Source: an uncultured Bacilli bacterium (GTDB taxonomy: Bacteria > Bacillota_I > Bacilli_A > RF39 > UBA660). From it: 64,000 bases of DNA. The position numbers and the translations under genes were made by a program. This document shows positions 1 to 9,668 of the stretch, piece after piece. The stretch is taken from positions 2,493-66,492 of the forward strand of contig CATNCE010000004.1 of assembly GCA_950097225.1 (NCBI GenBank), written 5' to 3'. The notes beneath the pieces were generated by a model. It made no database searches. It was not told the DNA's origin and saw only the letters and a program-made list of their open reading frames with translations. Within the stretch, counting starts at the first letter, position 1; the number at the start of each line of letters is the position of its first letter.

Positions 1-63
1 TCACCAACAGACCAATGACATAATGAGTATAGCAAACATTTATTTAGAATACAACAAAAAATA

Positions 64-363
64 TTATATTCCTAAAATAATTAGGTCATCTATTGCATTT
101 TTGACAAGATTGACAAAAGTCTTTTTATCGATTTTAGCAACTAGTCCTTCTAAGGTTTCTAAATCAATAATAATTAGATCGGGGCGATTAATAATTATTA
201 AGGCAATGGATTCTGTTAAACCAATAGTGTTATAATAGTTTAAAATTTCACGGACATTATTTTCAGTAGTTACCATAAGATCTAAAATATCTTGTTCTAC
301 ATTGCCAATTATGTATTCATAGTCTTTATTAGTTATTCCATATTCTTTTATGTACTCTATCAT
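64..363 (-). CDS. hypothetical small helical protein, last gene of a 3-gene operon
   Basis: 99-aa ORF. Its start overlaps the stop of the upstream ORF in ATGA at 360-363. I/L-rich helical modules (INRPDLIIIDLETLE). No catalytic motif recognised. Confidence 0.5.
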   Translation of the reverse strand: MIEYIKEYGITNKDYEYIIGNVEQDILDLMVTTENNVREILNYYNTIGLTESIALIIINRPDLIIIDLETLEGLVAKIDKKTFVNLVKNAIDDLIILGI

Positions 364-1748
364 TGATTATCCTCCCAGTTAACTCCCCCGGTCATAGCTT
401 CGCGATATACTTTACTGATTATTATTTTATTTAATATTTCGCAAGTTAGAGTTTTACCTTTAAATTCACTTTGATTTTCTATATAGGTTAATTTCTTATC
501 TAAGTCACGCATTTTTAATAGATTGTAATTAACGTTGCTTGGTGCAAAAAAGTCTTTTAAAGAGATATTATGCTTAATCATAACCTCAGTGTTTTCGATC
601 AACAATGATGGCGTCAAAGATAAGGTCTTATAACAACGATTAATAATGTCTTTTTTATCAGCTCCAAGGTTACTCATATAATCTAGAGTATATGAAAGGA
701 TTTCCGGATTTGAAAGCAAGAATAAAGGAGTTCGCTCCATTAAAACCGGATATTTAATATTTAAGCTCTTAAGATAGTTAATATTTTTTATGTAGTCTTG
801 GTAACGGGGGCGATAGTAGGCATTATTCTTACATAGTAAAACATTAGGGATATAGGTGATTATTTTCTTTAAGACACTGATATCAATGTAATTATCATGT
901 GAAACACTTTCAATAACGCCTTTAATAGAATCCTTTGTTGCATATAATAAGATAAGTAGTTTGATGAATTTATTATCTTTATCGATAAAGTGTAAGATGC
1001 CCCCGTTTTCGGCCTTATTCTTTCTAATCGTGTAATAAGTATCTAGAAAATCTTGTTTATTACAATTCTTTATCTCGCTAATCAAGTAATTAGGAATATC
1101 TTTTATATTTATCTCTAGTTTATCAATTATTTCTTTGATTTCTAAATCTAATTTAGGGCGTTTAATCATTTGGATATCGAAAGCAGGCGCATTTTTCTTT
1201 TTAATGTTCATCAAGTTTAAGTTAAATTCATTGATAAATTTGATGACGATTAGCATATTTTTATCATAGTTTAATTCATCGTATGAAAGAGTAACATATT
1301 CTATTAAAGGAAAATTGGTGATAATTTGGTGATTATCGATGCGTTTTTTTAAATTTTGGATACTTTCAATGCGCGACTTTTTGTGGATGATATCTTGATC
1401 AATATCGTTGATGATTTTACCAAGATTCTTAACAAAAGTTCTTATAGCAGCACGTTCTTCATCTTTTAAATTTACTTTAAGATTATAATATTTTTTACCG
1501 ATTAATAAATCACGGGCTTTTTTGGCATTCTGTTTGAATGAAGCTGAATTTTTAATGGCTGCTGAAGCAATAATATGGTCAATTACAGCGTCGGTTACTT
1601 GGTAAAAATTATCTTCATTATTACAAATTTTTATATATAATTCTGGCAAGTTAATATCATCACAGAAAAGTGGACTCTCATCTAGAGATGATAATTTATC
1701 TAGTACATCAGCAATTATAGTATATAATAATTTTTTCCCTTCATTCAT
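360..1748 (-). CDS. hypothetical helical-repeat protein (462 aa)
   Basis: Long uninterrupted ORF, 12 nt downstream of the preceding ORF. The C-terminal third has repeated about 30-aa modules (RTPLFLLSNPEILSYTLDYMSNLG, LSLTPSLLIENTEVMIKHNISL). No known motif recognised. Confidence 0.55.
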   Translation of the reverse strand: MNEGKKLLYTIIADVLDKLSSLDESPLFCDDINLPELYIKICNNEDNFYQVTDAVIDHIIASAAIKNSASFKQNAKKARDLLIGKKYYNLKVNLKDEERAAIRTFVKNLGKIINDIDQDIIHKKSRIESIQNLKKRIDNHQIITNFPLIEYVTLSYDELNYDKNMLIVIKFINEFNLNLMNIKKKNAPAFDIQMIKRPKLDLEIKEIIDKLEINIKDIPNYLISEIKNCNKQDFLDTYYTIRKNKAENGGILHFIDKDNKFIKLLILLYATKDSIKGVIESVSHDNYIDISVLKKIITYIPNVLLCKNNAYYRPRYQDYIKNINYLKSLNIKYPVLMERTPLFLLSNPEILSYTLDYMSNLGADKKDIINRCYKTLSLTPSLLIENTEVMIKHNISLKDFFAPSNVNYNLLKMRDLDKKLTYIENQSEFKGKTLTCEILNKIIISKVYREAMTGGVNWEDNQ

Positions 1749-1760
1749 ATTTTTTCACTC

Positions 1761-2960
1761 CTAATTTATTCTATTTGATATTTCTATTTTTTTGTTTTCT
1801 AATAAGTTATATTGTTCGATCAATTTACTTAAGATATTTAAAGCTTTTTTATATTCATCCGTATCAGGGGACATGGAAGATATAGTGTCTATAGTCTCAT
1901 ATATTGGCTTTAGAACAGCTAATTCTTTATATTCGATTGCTGTTTCGCGAGAAACATTGTTTGATGATTCGATTAAAGAAATTGGTGTATCTAAGTATTC
2001 GTTTATCATTTGGTTAGTTATACCTTGGTTATTAACTGAGTTAAAAAAGAATTCCTCAGTATTTTTCTTTATCGATATTGCTTGGTATATTAATGGATCT
2101 TTAAGTGGTTTTACAAAAGACAAGGAAAAAGCAATGTTATCAAGATATTCATCATGCATTTCTTTGTCGACATTAATAAGATTATCATAAAGTCCACTAG
2201 CGATCATTACAGATAATATGTTGATGATTACCTCAACTGGCAAATCAAGGCTAGCAGCAAGATTTCGAGCTATCGTGGGAATGATATCGATGTCAACAGA
2301 ATTGTTGTTAAGATAGTCAACGATAATGCTTTCGTTTTGAGAAGTTAGATACTCTTCTACTTTGGCATATTCTATATTGATCTTTGTACTAATATCGAAG
2401 TACTTAGTATCGATTGGAAATTGGTTCATTATCGCGACGTACTCAAGAATGGGCCATTTATTTTCATCAGACAATCCAACTTCAGACATGATCTTGGATA
2501 ATTCATTAAATTCTTCGAAGACTTTTCCGCAAGCAAAATTTTCTTCTTTTTCAAACAATGTGATATATTTTTGGTAAGTACCGATTTTATCATTGAACAT
2601 AGTTGTCTGATTAAGGCCAATGCTCATAAATTCTTCAATATATTTTTTTATAGTAGAAGCTATTTTGGCATAAGTTTCTTCTTGATCTAGATGGGTTAGT
2701 AAATAATCTATCGCAGGATCTGCTGTATTGGTAAACATTAGGAGGTCTTTAATATCGCCTGTTTGCATTTGTTTTATGGTGCTTGGCGTTATGCTTGTGC
2801 TAGAGGCACTATTTAAGTTATATTTCTTTAAAACCTGATTAATTGCATTAATATTGGCATTATCAATGTTAGCAGTAACTTGGTTACTGGATAGTAGTTC
2901 AATACGATTTTTTAATTCTTTTAAGAATTCTTTAATGCTTTTACGAGCTTGAATTAACAT
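1761..2960 (-). CDS. hypothetical protein (about 399 aa from the GGAGG-preceded ATG)
   Basis: The ORF track runs to 3062, but the ATG at 2960 (MLIQARKSIKEF) follows GGAGG at the right spacing. Acidic/helical composition, no motif recognised. Confidence 0.5.
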   Translation of the reverse strand: MLIQARKSIKEFLKELKNRIELLSSNQVTANIDNANINAINQVLKKYNLNSASSTSITPSTIKQMQTGDIKDLLMFTNTADPAIDYLLTHLDQEETYAKIASTIKKYIEEFMSIGLNQTTMFNDKIGTYQKYITLFEKEENFACGKVFEEFNELSKIMSEVGLSDENKWPILEYVAIMNQFPIDTKYFDISTKINIEYAKVEEYLTSQNESIIVDYLNNNSVDIDIIPTIARNLAASLDLPVEVIINILSVMIASGLYDNLINVDKEMHDEYLDNIAFSLSFVKPLKDPLIYQAISIKKNTEEFFFNSVNNQGITNQMINEYLDTPISLIESSNNVSRETAIEYKELAVLKPIYETIDTISSMSPDTDEYKKALNILSKLIEQYNLLENKKIEISNRIN

Positions 2961-3089
2961 TTTACTGGCCTCCTTATTATTATAAATATACCATAAAATG
3001 CCTAGAGTTGCAAAGAATATCCACTGATTTTTATTGTATTTGCAAGAAAGTTGTGATAACATGGTTTGTATGATAGGGAGTGGGCTAGC

Positions 3090-3470
3090 GTGAATACTAA
3101 TGTAAGACTCTTCGATGCTAATAACAAATTAGTAACTAATTTTGACGAAGAAATTGAAAAAATATTGATCAGTATTCATGGAGAAGACTACTTTGATGTC
3201 GATGAAGAGCTCATAAATACTAACATGATTCCGATCGAACCAGATATATATCATGATGAAGAATTAGAAAAAACAATGGAACTTGTCGATGCTATGGTCG
3301 ATAATAATGCAAAAGAGATTAAACTCGTAAAAAATGAAAAACAAAGAGTATCAATTAAGGATTTTATTCCCGTTTTGTTTTTCATGTTAATATTTGGAAT
3401 TATTGTCGTTGCTGGATATTATTTTTTAAATACAGTTGATTTGATGAATTTAGTTGGCTCACTTAAGTGA
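3090..3470 (+). CDS. hypothetical acidic protein with C-terminal transmembrane anchor
   Basis: GTG at 3090 follows AGGGAG. C-terminal hydrophobic stretch VLFFMLIFGIIVVAGYYFL. Divergent from the 3-gene operon. Confidence 0.45.
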   Translation: MNTNVRLFDANNKLVTNFDEEIEKILISIHGEDYFDVDEELINTNMIPIEPDIYHDEELEKTMELVDAMVDNNAKEIKLVKNEKQRVSIKDFIPVLFFMLIFGIIVVAGYYFLNTVDLMNLVGSLK

Positions 3471-3508
3471 TGCCTTTTTTATGATATAATTAGCTAGAGG
3501 TGAATAGA

Positions 3509-3751
3509 ATGTTAGATATCGAGATTGATCCAAGTTATACAATGCGCAAGAAAGTAAATGATAAAAATTTATGCTTATCTCAGGAACAAATAGAAATTCT
3601 TAAGAGTTTTAATATTCAATATCAAAACATGTCTTTAAGAAATTTGATATTGGAACTAGATGATTTATATAATCAGACGGGAGACGCTTGTATTGACAAT
3701 CTATTAGATGTATTAAGTGAACAAGATTATTATCAAAATTACAAGAAATAA
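3509..3751 (+). CDS. hypothetical small protein
   Basis: ATG at 3509 follows GAGGTGA. About 80-aa ORF with no recognised motif. Confidence 0.35.
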   Translation: MLDIEIDPSYTMRKKVNDKNLCLSQEQIEILKSFNIQYQNMSLRNLILELDDLYNQTGDACIDNLLDVLSEQDYYQNYKK

Positions 3752-3781
3752 TATTGATTGTCAATAATTATATGTTATAAT
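3752..3781 (+). promoter_or_regulatory. candidate sigma-A promoter with overlapping inverted repeat upstream of the XRE regulator
   Basis: TTGATT (3754-3759), 16-nt spacer, TATAAT (3776-3781). The inverted repeat TATTGA-ttg-TCAATA (3752-3766) overlaps the -35. Confidence 0.4.
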
Positions 3782-3824
3782 ATAGTAAAGAAAGGCTAGT
3801 CAATCTAGAATGGTATATTTTATT

Positions 3825-4049
3825 ATGGGTGTTGTTTTAAGACTTGATCGCGTAATGGCTGATCGCAAAATTTCATTAAAAGAACTTGCATTAAATGTTG
3901 GTATAACAGAAGCTAATTTATCAAATTTAAAAACAGGCAAGGCAAAAGCAATAAGATTCTCAACATTAGAGGGTATTTGCAAAACGTTAAAATGTCAGCC
4001 TGGTGACATTTTAGAATATAAGGAAGATGACGTAGGCGGACTATTATAG
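3825..4049 (+). CDS. XRE/Cro-C1-type helix-turn-helix transcriptional regulator (YozG-like)
   Basis: RLDRVMADRKISLKELALNVGITEANLSNLKTGKAKAIRFSTLEGICKTLKCQPGDILEY is the typical short XRE HTH protein. Start chosen at the internal ATG. Confidence 0.8.
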   Translation: MGVVLRLDRVMADRKISLKELALNVGITEANLSNLKTGKAKAIRFSTLEGICKTLKCQPGDILEYKEDDVGGLL

Positions 4050-4063
4050 TAAAAAATGAAGAT

Positions 4064-4729
4064 TTAATTATTCATTTCAAAAATTTTGAACTCAGATGGA
4101 ATTTTAGCTACGAATTCCATTTTTTTGTGAGTTAGAGGATGAATAAATTCTAAGCGATGAGCGTGGAGGCACATGCGACGCAAAGGATTTTTAGTTGAAC
4201 CATATTTTTTATCGCCAATTATCGGATGATTCATTCCTTGCATAGCAACGCGAATTTGATTTTTTCGTCCCGTCTCGATCGTGATCTTTAAGACACTATA
4301 GTTTTTAGTTTTGTTGATAACTTCATAATTAGTAATAGCTAATTTCCCCATCTTAGGGCTAGTCTTTATAGTATGTAGAGTACTAGTTTCTTTTAAGTAT
4401 TCACGGATGGTACCTCTTTTTTGGTTTACGCTTTTTTCAACGATAGCTAAGTATTCACGAATTGTGGTTTCATCATTCCAGATGCTTTGAAGTTGTTCTT
4501 TAATGTGCGGATTTTTGGCAAAAAGGACAAGCCCAGATGTGTCCTTATCAAGGCGATGAACAATGAATACTCTGTTGCTTTTATGTTTTTTATGAACGTA
4601 TTCGTATACTTTATGATAAAGTGTTTTTATTTTTTCTTCGGATGTGCTAATTGTAAGAAGATGAGCTGGTTTATTGACAACAATAATCTCTTTATCTTCA
4701 TAAATTATATCTAAGCGATCACGAGCCAT
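4064..4729 (-). CDS. RluA-family pseudouridine synthase
   Basis: HRLDKDTSGLVLFAK catalytic-Asp motif and KNQIRVAM / LHAHRLEF C-terminal motifs. Confidence 0.85.
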   Translation of the reverse strand: MARDRLDIIYEDKEIIVVNKPAHLLTISTSEEKIKTLYHKVYEYVHKKHKSNRVFIVHRLDKDTSGLVLFAKNPHIKEQLQSIWNDETTIREYLAIVEKSVNQKRGTIREYLKETSTLHTIKTSPKMGKLAITNYEVINKTKNYSVLKITIETGRKNQIRVAMQGMNHPIIGDKKYGSTKNPLRRMCLHAHRLEFIHPLTHKKMEFVAKIPSEFKIFEMNN

Positions 4730-4743
4730 AAACTCACTTCCTT

Positions 4744-5370
4744 TTATTTTGTTTTAATTATTAATAGCAATAAGACGATTCCAGAATTCATAAAAATCAT
4801 ATATTTTAAATGCTTTAAATCTTTTTTATCTGTTGTTTTTTGTTTCTCACTAGGAGATGCAGCACTTTTTGCTAGTTTAATTCCTGAGTTACAATATTTT
4901 TCTTGGATGTTAGGGTACTGCCAAATACCTAAATTAGCACTTATAGCTGTAACTTGGGTGTCACATAGTTGATCTAAGTAATTATATTTAGCAGTTACGT
5001 TATTTACTTGTCCATAGCCTTTCTTTATAAGTATGTTTTGAAGTAATTCACCATTTACAAAGACAAATGCAGGAATGCGGTTGTATTCATCAACTTCACT
5101 AGACACATATTCTAGTTCGATAGTAGATGATTCTAATGTTGAACATACAAATTCATTTATTTCGCGATCAATGGGTCCTGATTCTGCATCGTAAGCAACC
5201 AAGCGAATACGTTTTATTTGATTGTTTTCTTTTAACCATATATTTTCGGTAGAATCACAGCGGATTAATTCAGCAGAAAAACGGGTACTTTCAGAGTATG
5301 GATCTGGTGTAGCCCCCACTTCGGCAATAGAAAATACACACATGATTATTAAAAGCAATACTTTTTTCAC
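4744..5370 (-). CDS. secreted/membrane-anchored thermonuclease (SNase-like) family protein
   Basis: N-terminal signal peptide, SNase-like core (RIRLVAYDAES...LLQNILIKKGYGQV) and a C-terminal hydrophobic anchor. Confidence 0.6.
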   Translation of the reverse strand: MKKVLLLIIMCVFSIAEVGATPDPYSESTRFSAELIRCDSTENIWLKENNQIKRIRLVAYDAESGPIDREINEFVCSTLESSTIELEYVSSEVDEYNRIPAFVFVNGELLQNILIKKGYGQVNNVTAKYNYLDQLCDTQVTAISANLGIWQYPNIQEKYCNSGIKLAKSAASPSEKQKTTDKKDLKHLKYMIFMNSGIVLLLLIIKTK

Positions 5371-5493
5371 TACTCCACCTCATACTTTATAATGTATAAT
5401 TATAGTTTATTTACGATTAAAAGTAAATTATGTTATCGTTTTTTCTTGTATTTTGGGAAAAGCTAAGTATAATTATAATTAGAGGTGATAAAA

Positions 5494-6192
5494 ATGGCTG
5501 AGGCAAAAGATACTAAGAAAAAAACTACAAGTACAAGTAAGAAAGGAACTAAAGCAACTAATAGTACTAGTTCTACTAAGAAGACAACTAGTGCCCCTGC
5601 TAAAACTAAACAAGCAACAAAGAAAGTTAGTGCGCCTAAGAAAACTGAGGAGTCAAATGTTGCTAGCCCAAAGAGAAGCGTAACAAAGGAACAAAGTGCA
5701 GCGAAAAAGGATGAAGCTAAGACAACTAAAAAAGTTGAAGTAAAAACAACCAAGACTAAACAGCCAGTACACCAAGAAAAAACAGCAGAAAAAAAAGTTG
5801 CTAAAAAAACAACAGAAAAGCCAAAAGAGGCAACAACTACAAAAAAAGAGCAACCAAAAGTTGAAAAAGTTAAAGAAGATGTTCTTATTTATCAAGAAGT
5901 TATCGTTAATGAAGAACAAAAAGAAGCTGCTCCTGTTAAGAATGAGGAACGTCACACCGAAGTAAAAGAATTAGAACGCATAGATGACAATTTGGATAAA
6001 AAAATTAACAAGCGCATTGATATTGGTATTCTTACAGTTATTATCGGATTATTTGTTTTAGTTTTGACAACTTATTTATCTGGCGAGATAGATTTATCTA
6101 TCGAGGTAACACGCATACTTATCGTAGCTTCCTTGGTAATTGAGGCTATTGGTATGTTAATTATGGTTGTAAATATTTGGAAACGAAAATAA
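5494..6192 (+). CDS. Lys/Thr/Ala-rich basic low-complexity protein with two C-terminal TM helices
   Basis: ATG at 5494 follows AGAGGTGA. About 130 aa of KKTT/KKV repeats are followed by GILTVIIGLFVLVLTTYL and ILIVASLVIEAIGMLIMVV. Confidence 0.6.
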   Translation: MAEAKDTKKKTTSTSKKGTKATNSTSSTKKTTSAPAKTKQATKKVSAPKKTEESNVASPKRSVTKEQSAAKKDEAKTTKKVEVKTTKTKQPVHQEKTAEKKVAKKTTEKPKEATTTKKEQPKVEKVKEDVLIYQEVIVNEEQKEAAPVKNEERHTEVKELERIDDNLDKKINKRIDIGILTVIIGLFVLVLTTYLSGEIDLSIEVTRILIVASLVIEAIGMLIMVVNIWKRK

Positions 6193-6289
6193 AAAATGGG
6201 GATTTTCCCTGTTTTTTGTATATGAGCAAGAATGGTATGTAGAAAGAGTACATATAAATTATTAGTCTTGCATAGATATAGGAGATTAT

Positions 6290-7219
6290 ATGTGTAATGT
6301 AAATGATATTACAAAAATGATTCATGTCGGCTATTTGGGCGTAATTATAGCTATTCCCCTTCTTTATTTAATAGCTTATAAGATCCATAAGGCAAAGAAA
6401 AAGAATTATAAAAAGGCCTTAGTTAATGCGATTATTATAGGCATCGTGCTCTATATTCCCAAATTAGTTGGCTTTATTCTTTATGATAGTTGTTACAATT
6501 GTATGATTAATGGCATTTGTGTGCAAGAAAAGAAAGAAGATAATGACATGGACAATGAAAAAACGACTACTAAAGTTAATACAACTGCGAAGCCTGTCGT
6601 TGATACGACACCTAAAACTAGTAAAGGATTTAAAATCGAAACGATTGATGGAGAGACGTATATTGATGGTATTTTAATAGTAAACAAAACTTATCCTTTG
6701 CCAGCTACTTACTCCCCTAAAAATCCGCATAATGATCCGACAGGAAAGACGGGAGTTTGTAACGATTGTATTGATGAAGAAGCTTATCAGGCTTGGACAC
6801 AAATGAAGGCTGATGCTGCGGCTGTTGGGTTAAACTTATGGATTCAAAGTGGGTATCGACCATATAGCTCACAAGAAAAAATCTATAACTCATATGTTTC
6901 TAAAGATGGCAAAGCCTTAGCAGATACTTATTCTGCGCGTCCAGGATATTCAGAACATCAATCGGGTTTTTGTTTCGATATAAATAATCCAAGTTCTAGT
7001 TTTGATAATACACCGCAGGCCAAGTGGATAAATGATAATTGTGCTAAATATGGATTTATTATAAGATTTCCAAAGGGAAAAACTAACGAAACTGGTTACA
7101 AGTATGAATCATGGCATGTTAGATATGTTGGCAAAGAGTTAGCTAACAAACTATATAATGATGGTGATTGGATCACTTTAGAAGATTATTTTGGAATTAC
7201 TAGTGAATATAAAGATTAA
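6290..7219 (+). CDS. VanY/M15B-family D-alanyl-D-alanine carboxypeptidase, membrane anchored
   Basis: SGYRPYSSQ, SEHQSG and ESWHVRYVG motifs typical of the VanY family. N-terminal TM segments. Confidence 0.8.
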   Translation: MCNVNDITKMIHVGYLGVIIAIPLLYLIAYKIHKAKKKNYKKALVNAIIIGIVLYIPKLVGFILYDSCYNCMINGICVQEKKEDNDMDNEKTTTKVNTTAKPVVDTTPKTSKGFKIETIDGETYIDGILIVNKTYPLPATYSPKNPHNDPTGKTGVCNDCIDEEAYQAWTQMKADAAAVGLNLWIQSGYRPYSSQEKIYNSYVSKDGKALADTYSARPGYSEHQSGFCFDINNPSSSFDNTPQAKWINDNCAKYGFIIRFPKGKTNETGYKYESWHVRYVGKELANKLYNDGDWITLEDYFGITSEYKD

Positions 7220-7241
7220 GAGTTTAGTTGAACTCTTTTTT
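7219..7241 (+). terminator. intrinsic terminator after the VanY-like gene
   Basis: AGAGTT-tagttg-AACTCT stem-loop followed by TTTTT. Confidence 0.55.
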
Positions 7242-7289
7242 GTTTGGCGGAAAATTAAAACTAATGCTATAATTTTATTAGGTGGTTTT

Positions 7290-9668
7290 ATGAACTTTTT
7301 AAAAGATATTGAAGGAAATTCAATCTTGGTTATTCCTAGCAAATTAAAGAGCAAAGTTTTAGATTATATCGACAAACAGGAGTTACTCCTTAATATAAAG
7401 ATTTTAACATTTAGTGATTTAAAGAAGGGCTTGTTGTTCGATTATAACAATGAGACTATTAACTATGTAATGAGGAGTCGCAACGTTGGTTATAATGTTG
7501 CGTGTGATCTTATTAATAATATTTATTTTTTGAACAAAAATACGTGTGAAGAAAAGAAGTTGCAGGACTTATTACATTTAAAAAAACAACTTGTTAATAA
7601 CAATTTATTAATTTGCGATAAATTATTTATAAACTTGTTAAAGTCAAAGAAGGCATTGTACGTGTTTGGCTTTGACGCATTAAAGAAATTTGATCTTTAT
7701 TTACTAGACCTAGCTCAGGAATATATTGATATTCACAAAACAAAAAAAACAGACTTTAATTATACTCCCGTGGTCTATGAATTTAATACGATGATTGAAG
7801 AGGCAACGTTTGTATTTGAAGAGATAGCTAAACTAATAGAAAAAGGAATTGGTTTAGAACATATATATATTGCTAATTATAGTGATGAATATTATTTTAC
7901 ATTTAAGATGCTTGCTAAGCAGTATAACTTACCTATTTTTATAAAGTCAGAGACAACACTTTATCAGACGGCAATTGGTCAATATTTTATTGATAATTTA
8001 ATTCCTAATTTAGATTTGTTAATGTATAAAATAAAAAAACGTTTTGATTCTAATAATCCTTTTAATGCTAACGTTATAAATAAATTAGCTAGCTTGCTTA
8101 ACACATATTACTGGTGTTCTTCGATTATGGAGATAAAGGATCTCGTTATCGAAGAGATGAAAACCATTCGCATTGCGGCGAGTCACTTTTTTAAGGAGAT
8201 AGTGACAACAGATATTAGGGATAATGTATTTACTGATGACGATTACGTGTTTTTAATTGGTTTTAATTTAGGAGCTGTCCCAAAATTTAAGCGCGATGAA
8301 GACTACATAAGTGATGATATTAAACCCGACTTTTTAGAAACAGCTGATGAATATAATAACCTTGAAAAAAGACGTTATGTAAGTGCTATAAGAAATATTA
8401 AGAACTTGGTTGTTACTTACAAACTTAGTAGTTCTTTTAAGAGCTATTCACCATCTTTTTTAATCGATGATGAGGGATTAGATGTCGTTAGTGGTAAAAA
8501 GACGATATCAAAATATTCTATTGATAAGAATAAATTGCAATTAGCAACCGAGATCGATAAGTTAATTAAATTTAATGAGTATTCAGAAGAATTAGAAATT
8601 TTATATAATAATTATTTTATACCTTATAAGAGTTATGATAATGCTTTTTCAGGAATCAATAGTGATAACCTAAAGAAGAATATCGATGATAAAATAGTTT
8701 TTTCTTATTCTAATATATCAAAATATTATGAGTGCCCTTTTAAATTCTATGTAAGTAGCATTTTAAAAATTGCCGATTATGAAACTACACTAGAGCAAAC
8801 AATTGGAAATTTGTTTCATTATACCCTAGAGAGAGTTTTAAATGGAACAATGGATGCGGATGATGCGTACAATGAATATTTGGTAAATAATAATTTATTA
8901 AATGGAACTAGTAAAGACAACTTCTTTTTTGAGCTTCTACGTCCTATGGTGCATTTTGTATTAGATACTATTGAAGAACAGTATACGCATTCTAAGCACA
9001 ATGATGCTACTCATGAAAAGGAAATTATTATCGAGATCGAAAGAGATTATAAAACGAAGTTGAAAGGATTTGTTGATAAGATATTAGTTTTAAACAATTA
9101 TTTATTGATAATAGATTATAAAACAACTAATGCTCAAGCCGTGGATTCGGATCTGTTTGACTTAGGAGTATCTTTGCAACTTCCTATATATTTGTATTTG
9201 CTAAAGTGTCTTGATAAAAGTTATGAAGTAGCTGGCCTATATATTCAGCATATTTTAGATTTAAATAATGAGTATATGCCTAATAAAGATATCTTGAGTG
9301 AGCGAAAAAGAAAATTGCGATTAGAAGGTATTACATTCGATGATATTAATTTAATTTCTAAATTTGATGATAGCTATGAAAAGTCGCAAGTTATTAAATC
9401 GCTTAGTACAAAAGATGGCTTTATAAGAAAGAATAAAAATGTTTTATCGCTGGAAGAAAGAGATGAACTAATTGAACTTATGGATTCACTTATCATGGGT
9501 GCGATAGATAATGTCGGCAATGCTTTATTTTCTATACATCCGATAAAGGTTGAAAGCAAAAACATCGATGGATGTAAGTATTGTCAATATAAAGATATAT
9601 GCTTTAGAAAGTTTAAAGACTTTAATTATAAAGTTGTTAATAAGAAAGGCGGTGATGAGGTTGAGTAA
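7290..9668 (+). CDS. addB: AddB/RexB helicase-nuclease subunit B (compact form)
   Basis: Immediately precedes and overlaps addA. C-terminal RecB-type nuclease (IIDYKTT) with Fe-S cysteines (YECPF...CKYCQYKDIC). The ATG at 7290 follows GGTGG. No Walker A seen at the N-terminus. Confidence 0.8.
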   Translation: MNFLKDIEGNSILVIPSKLKSKVLDYIDKQELLLNIKILTFSDLKKGLLFDYNNETINYVMRSRNVGYNVACDLINNIYFLNKNTCEEKKLQDLLHLKKQLVNNNLLICDKLFINLLKSKKALYVFGFDALKKFDLYLLDLAQEYIDIHKTKKTDFNYTPVVYEFNTMIEEATFVFEEIAKLIEKGIGLEHIYIANYSDEYYFTFKMLAKQYNLPIFIKSETTLYQTAIGQYFIDNLIPNLDLLMYKIKKRFDSNNPFNANVINKLASLLNTYYWCSSIMEIKDLVIEEMKTIRIAASHFFKEIVTTDIRDNVFTDDDYVFLIGFNLGAVPKFKRDEDYISDDIKPDFLETADEYNNLEKRRYVSAIRNIKNLVVTYKLSSSFKSYSPSFLIDDEGLDVVSGKKTISKYSIDKNKLQLATEIDKLIKFNEYSEELEILYNNYFIPYKSYDNAFSGINSDNLKKNIDDKIVFSYSNISKYYECPFKFYVSSILKIADYETTLEQTIGNLFHYTLERVLNGTMDADDAYNEYLVNNNLLNGTSKDNFFFELLRPMVHFVLDTIEEQYTHSKHNDATHEKEIIIEIERDYKTKLKGFVDKILVLNNYLLIIDYKTTNAQAVDSDLFDLGVSLQLPIYLYLLKCLDKSYEVAGLYIQHILDLNNEYMPNKDILSERKRKLRLEGITFDDINLISKFDDSYEKSQVIKSLSTKDGFIRKNKNVLSLEERDELIELMDSLIMGAIDNVGNALFSIHPIKVESKNIDGCKYCQYKDICFRKFKDFNYKVVNKKGGDEVE

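Noticed and set aside
5463-5955. Antisense ORFs 5463-5753 and 5653-5955 opposite the Lys/Thr-rich gene
   Set aside because: These are Phe/Leu-rich translations produced by the complement of AAG/AAA/ACT-rich low-complexity coding DNA. They fully overlap a better-supported gene that has an RBS.
7191-7289. Longer N-terminal extensions of addB (from 7191) and addA (from 9550) given by the ORF track
   Set aside because: The extensions overlap the preceding gene or terminator and add non-conserved residues. The internal ATGs at 7290 and 9655 have Shine-Dalgarno sequences and begin at the conserved N-termini.
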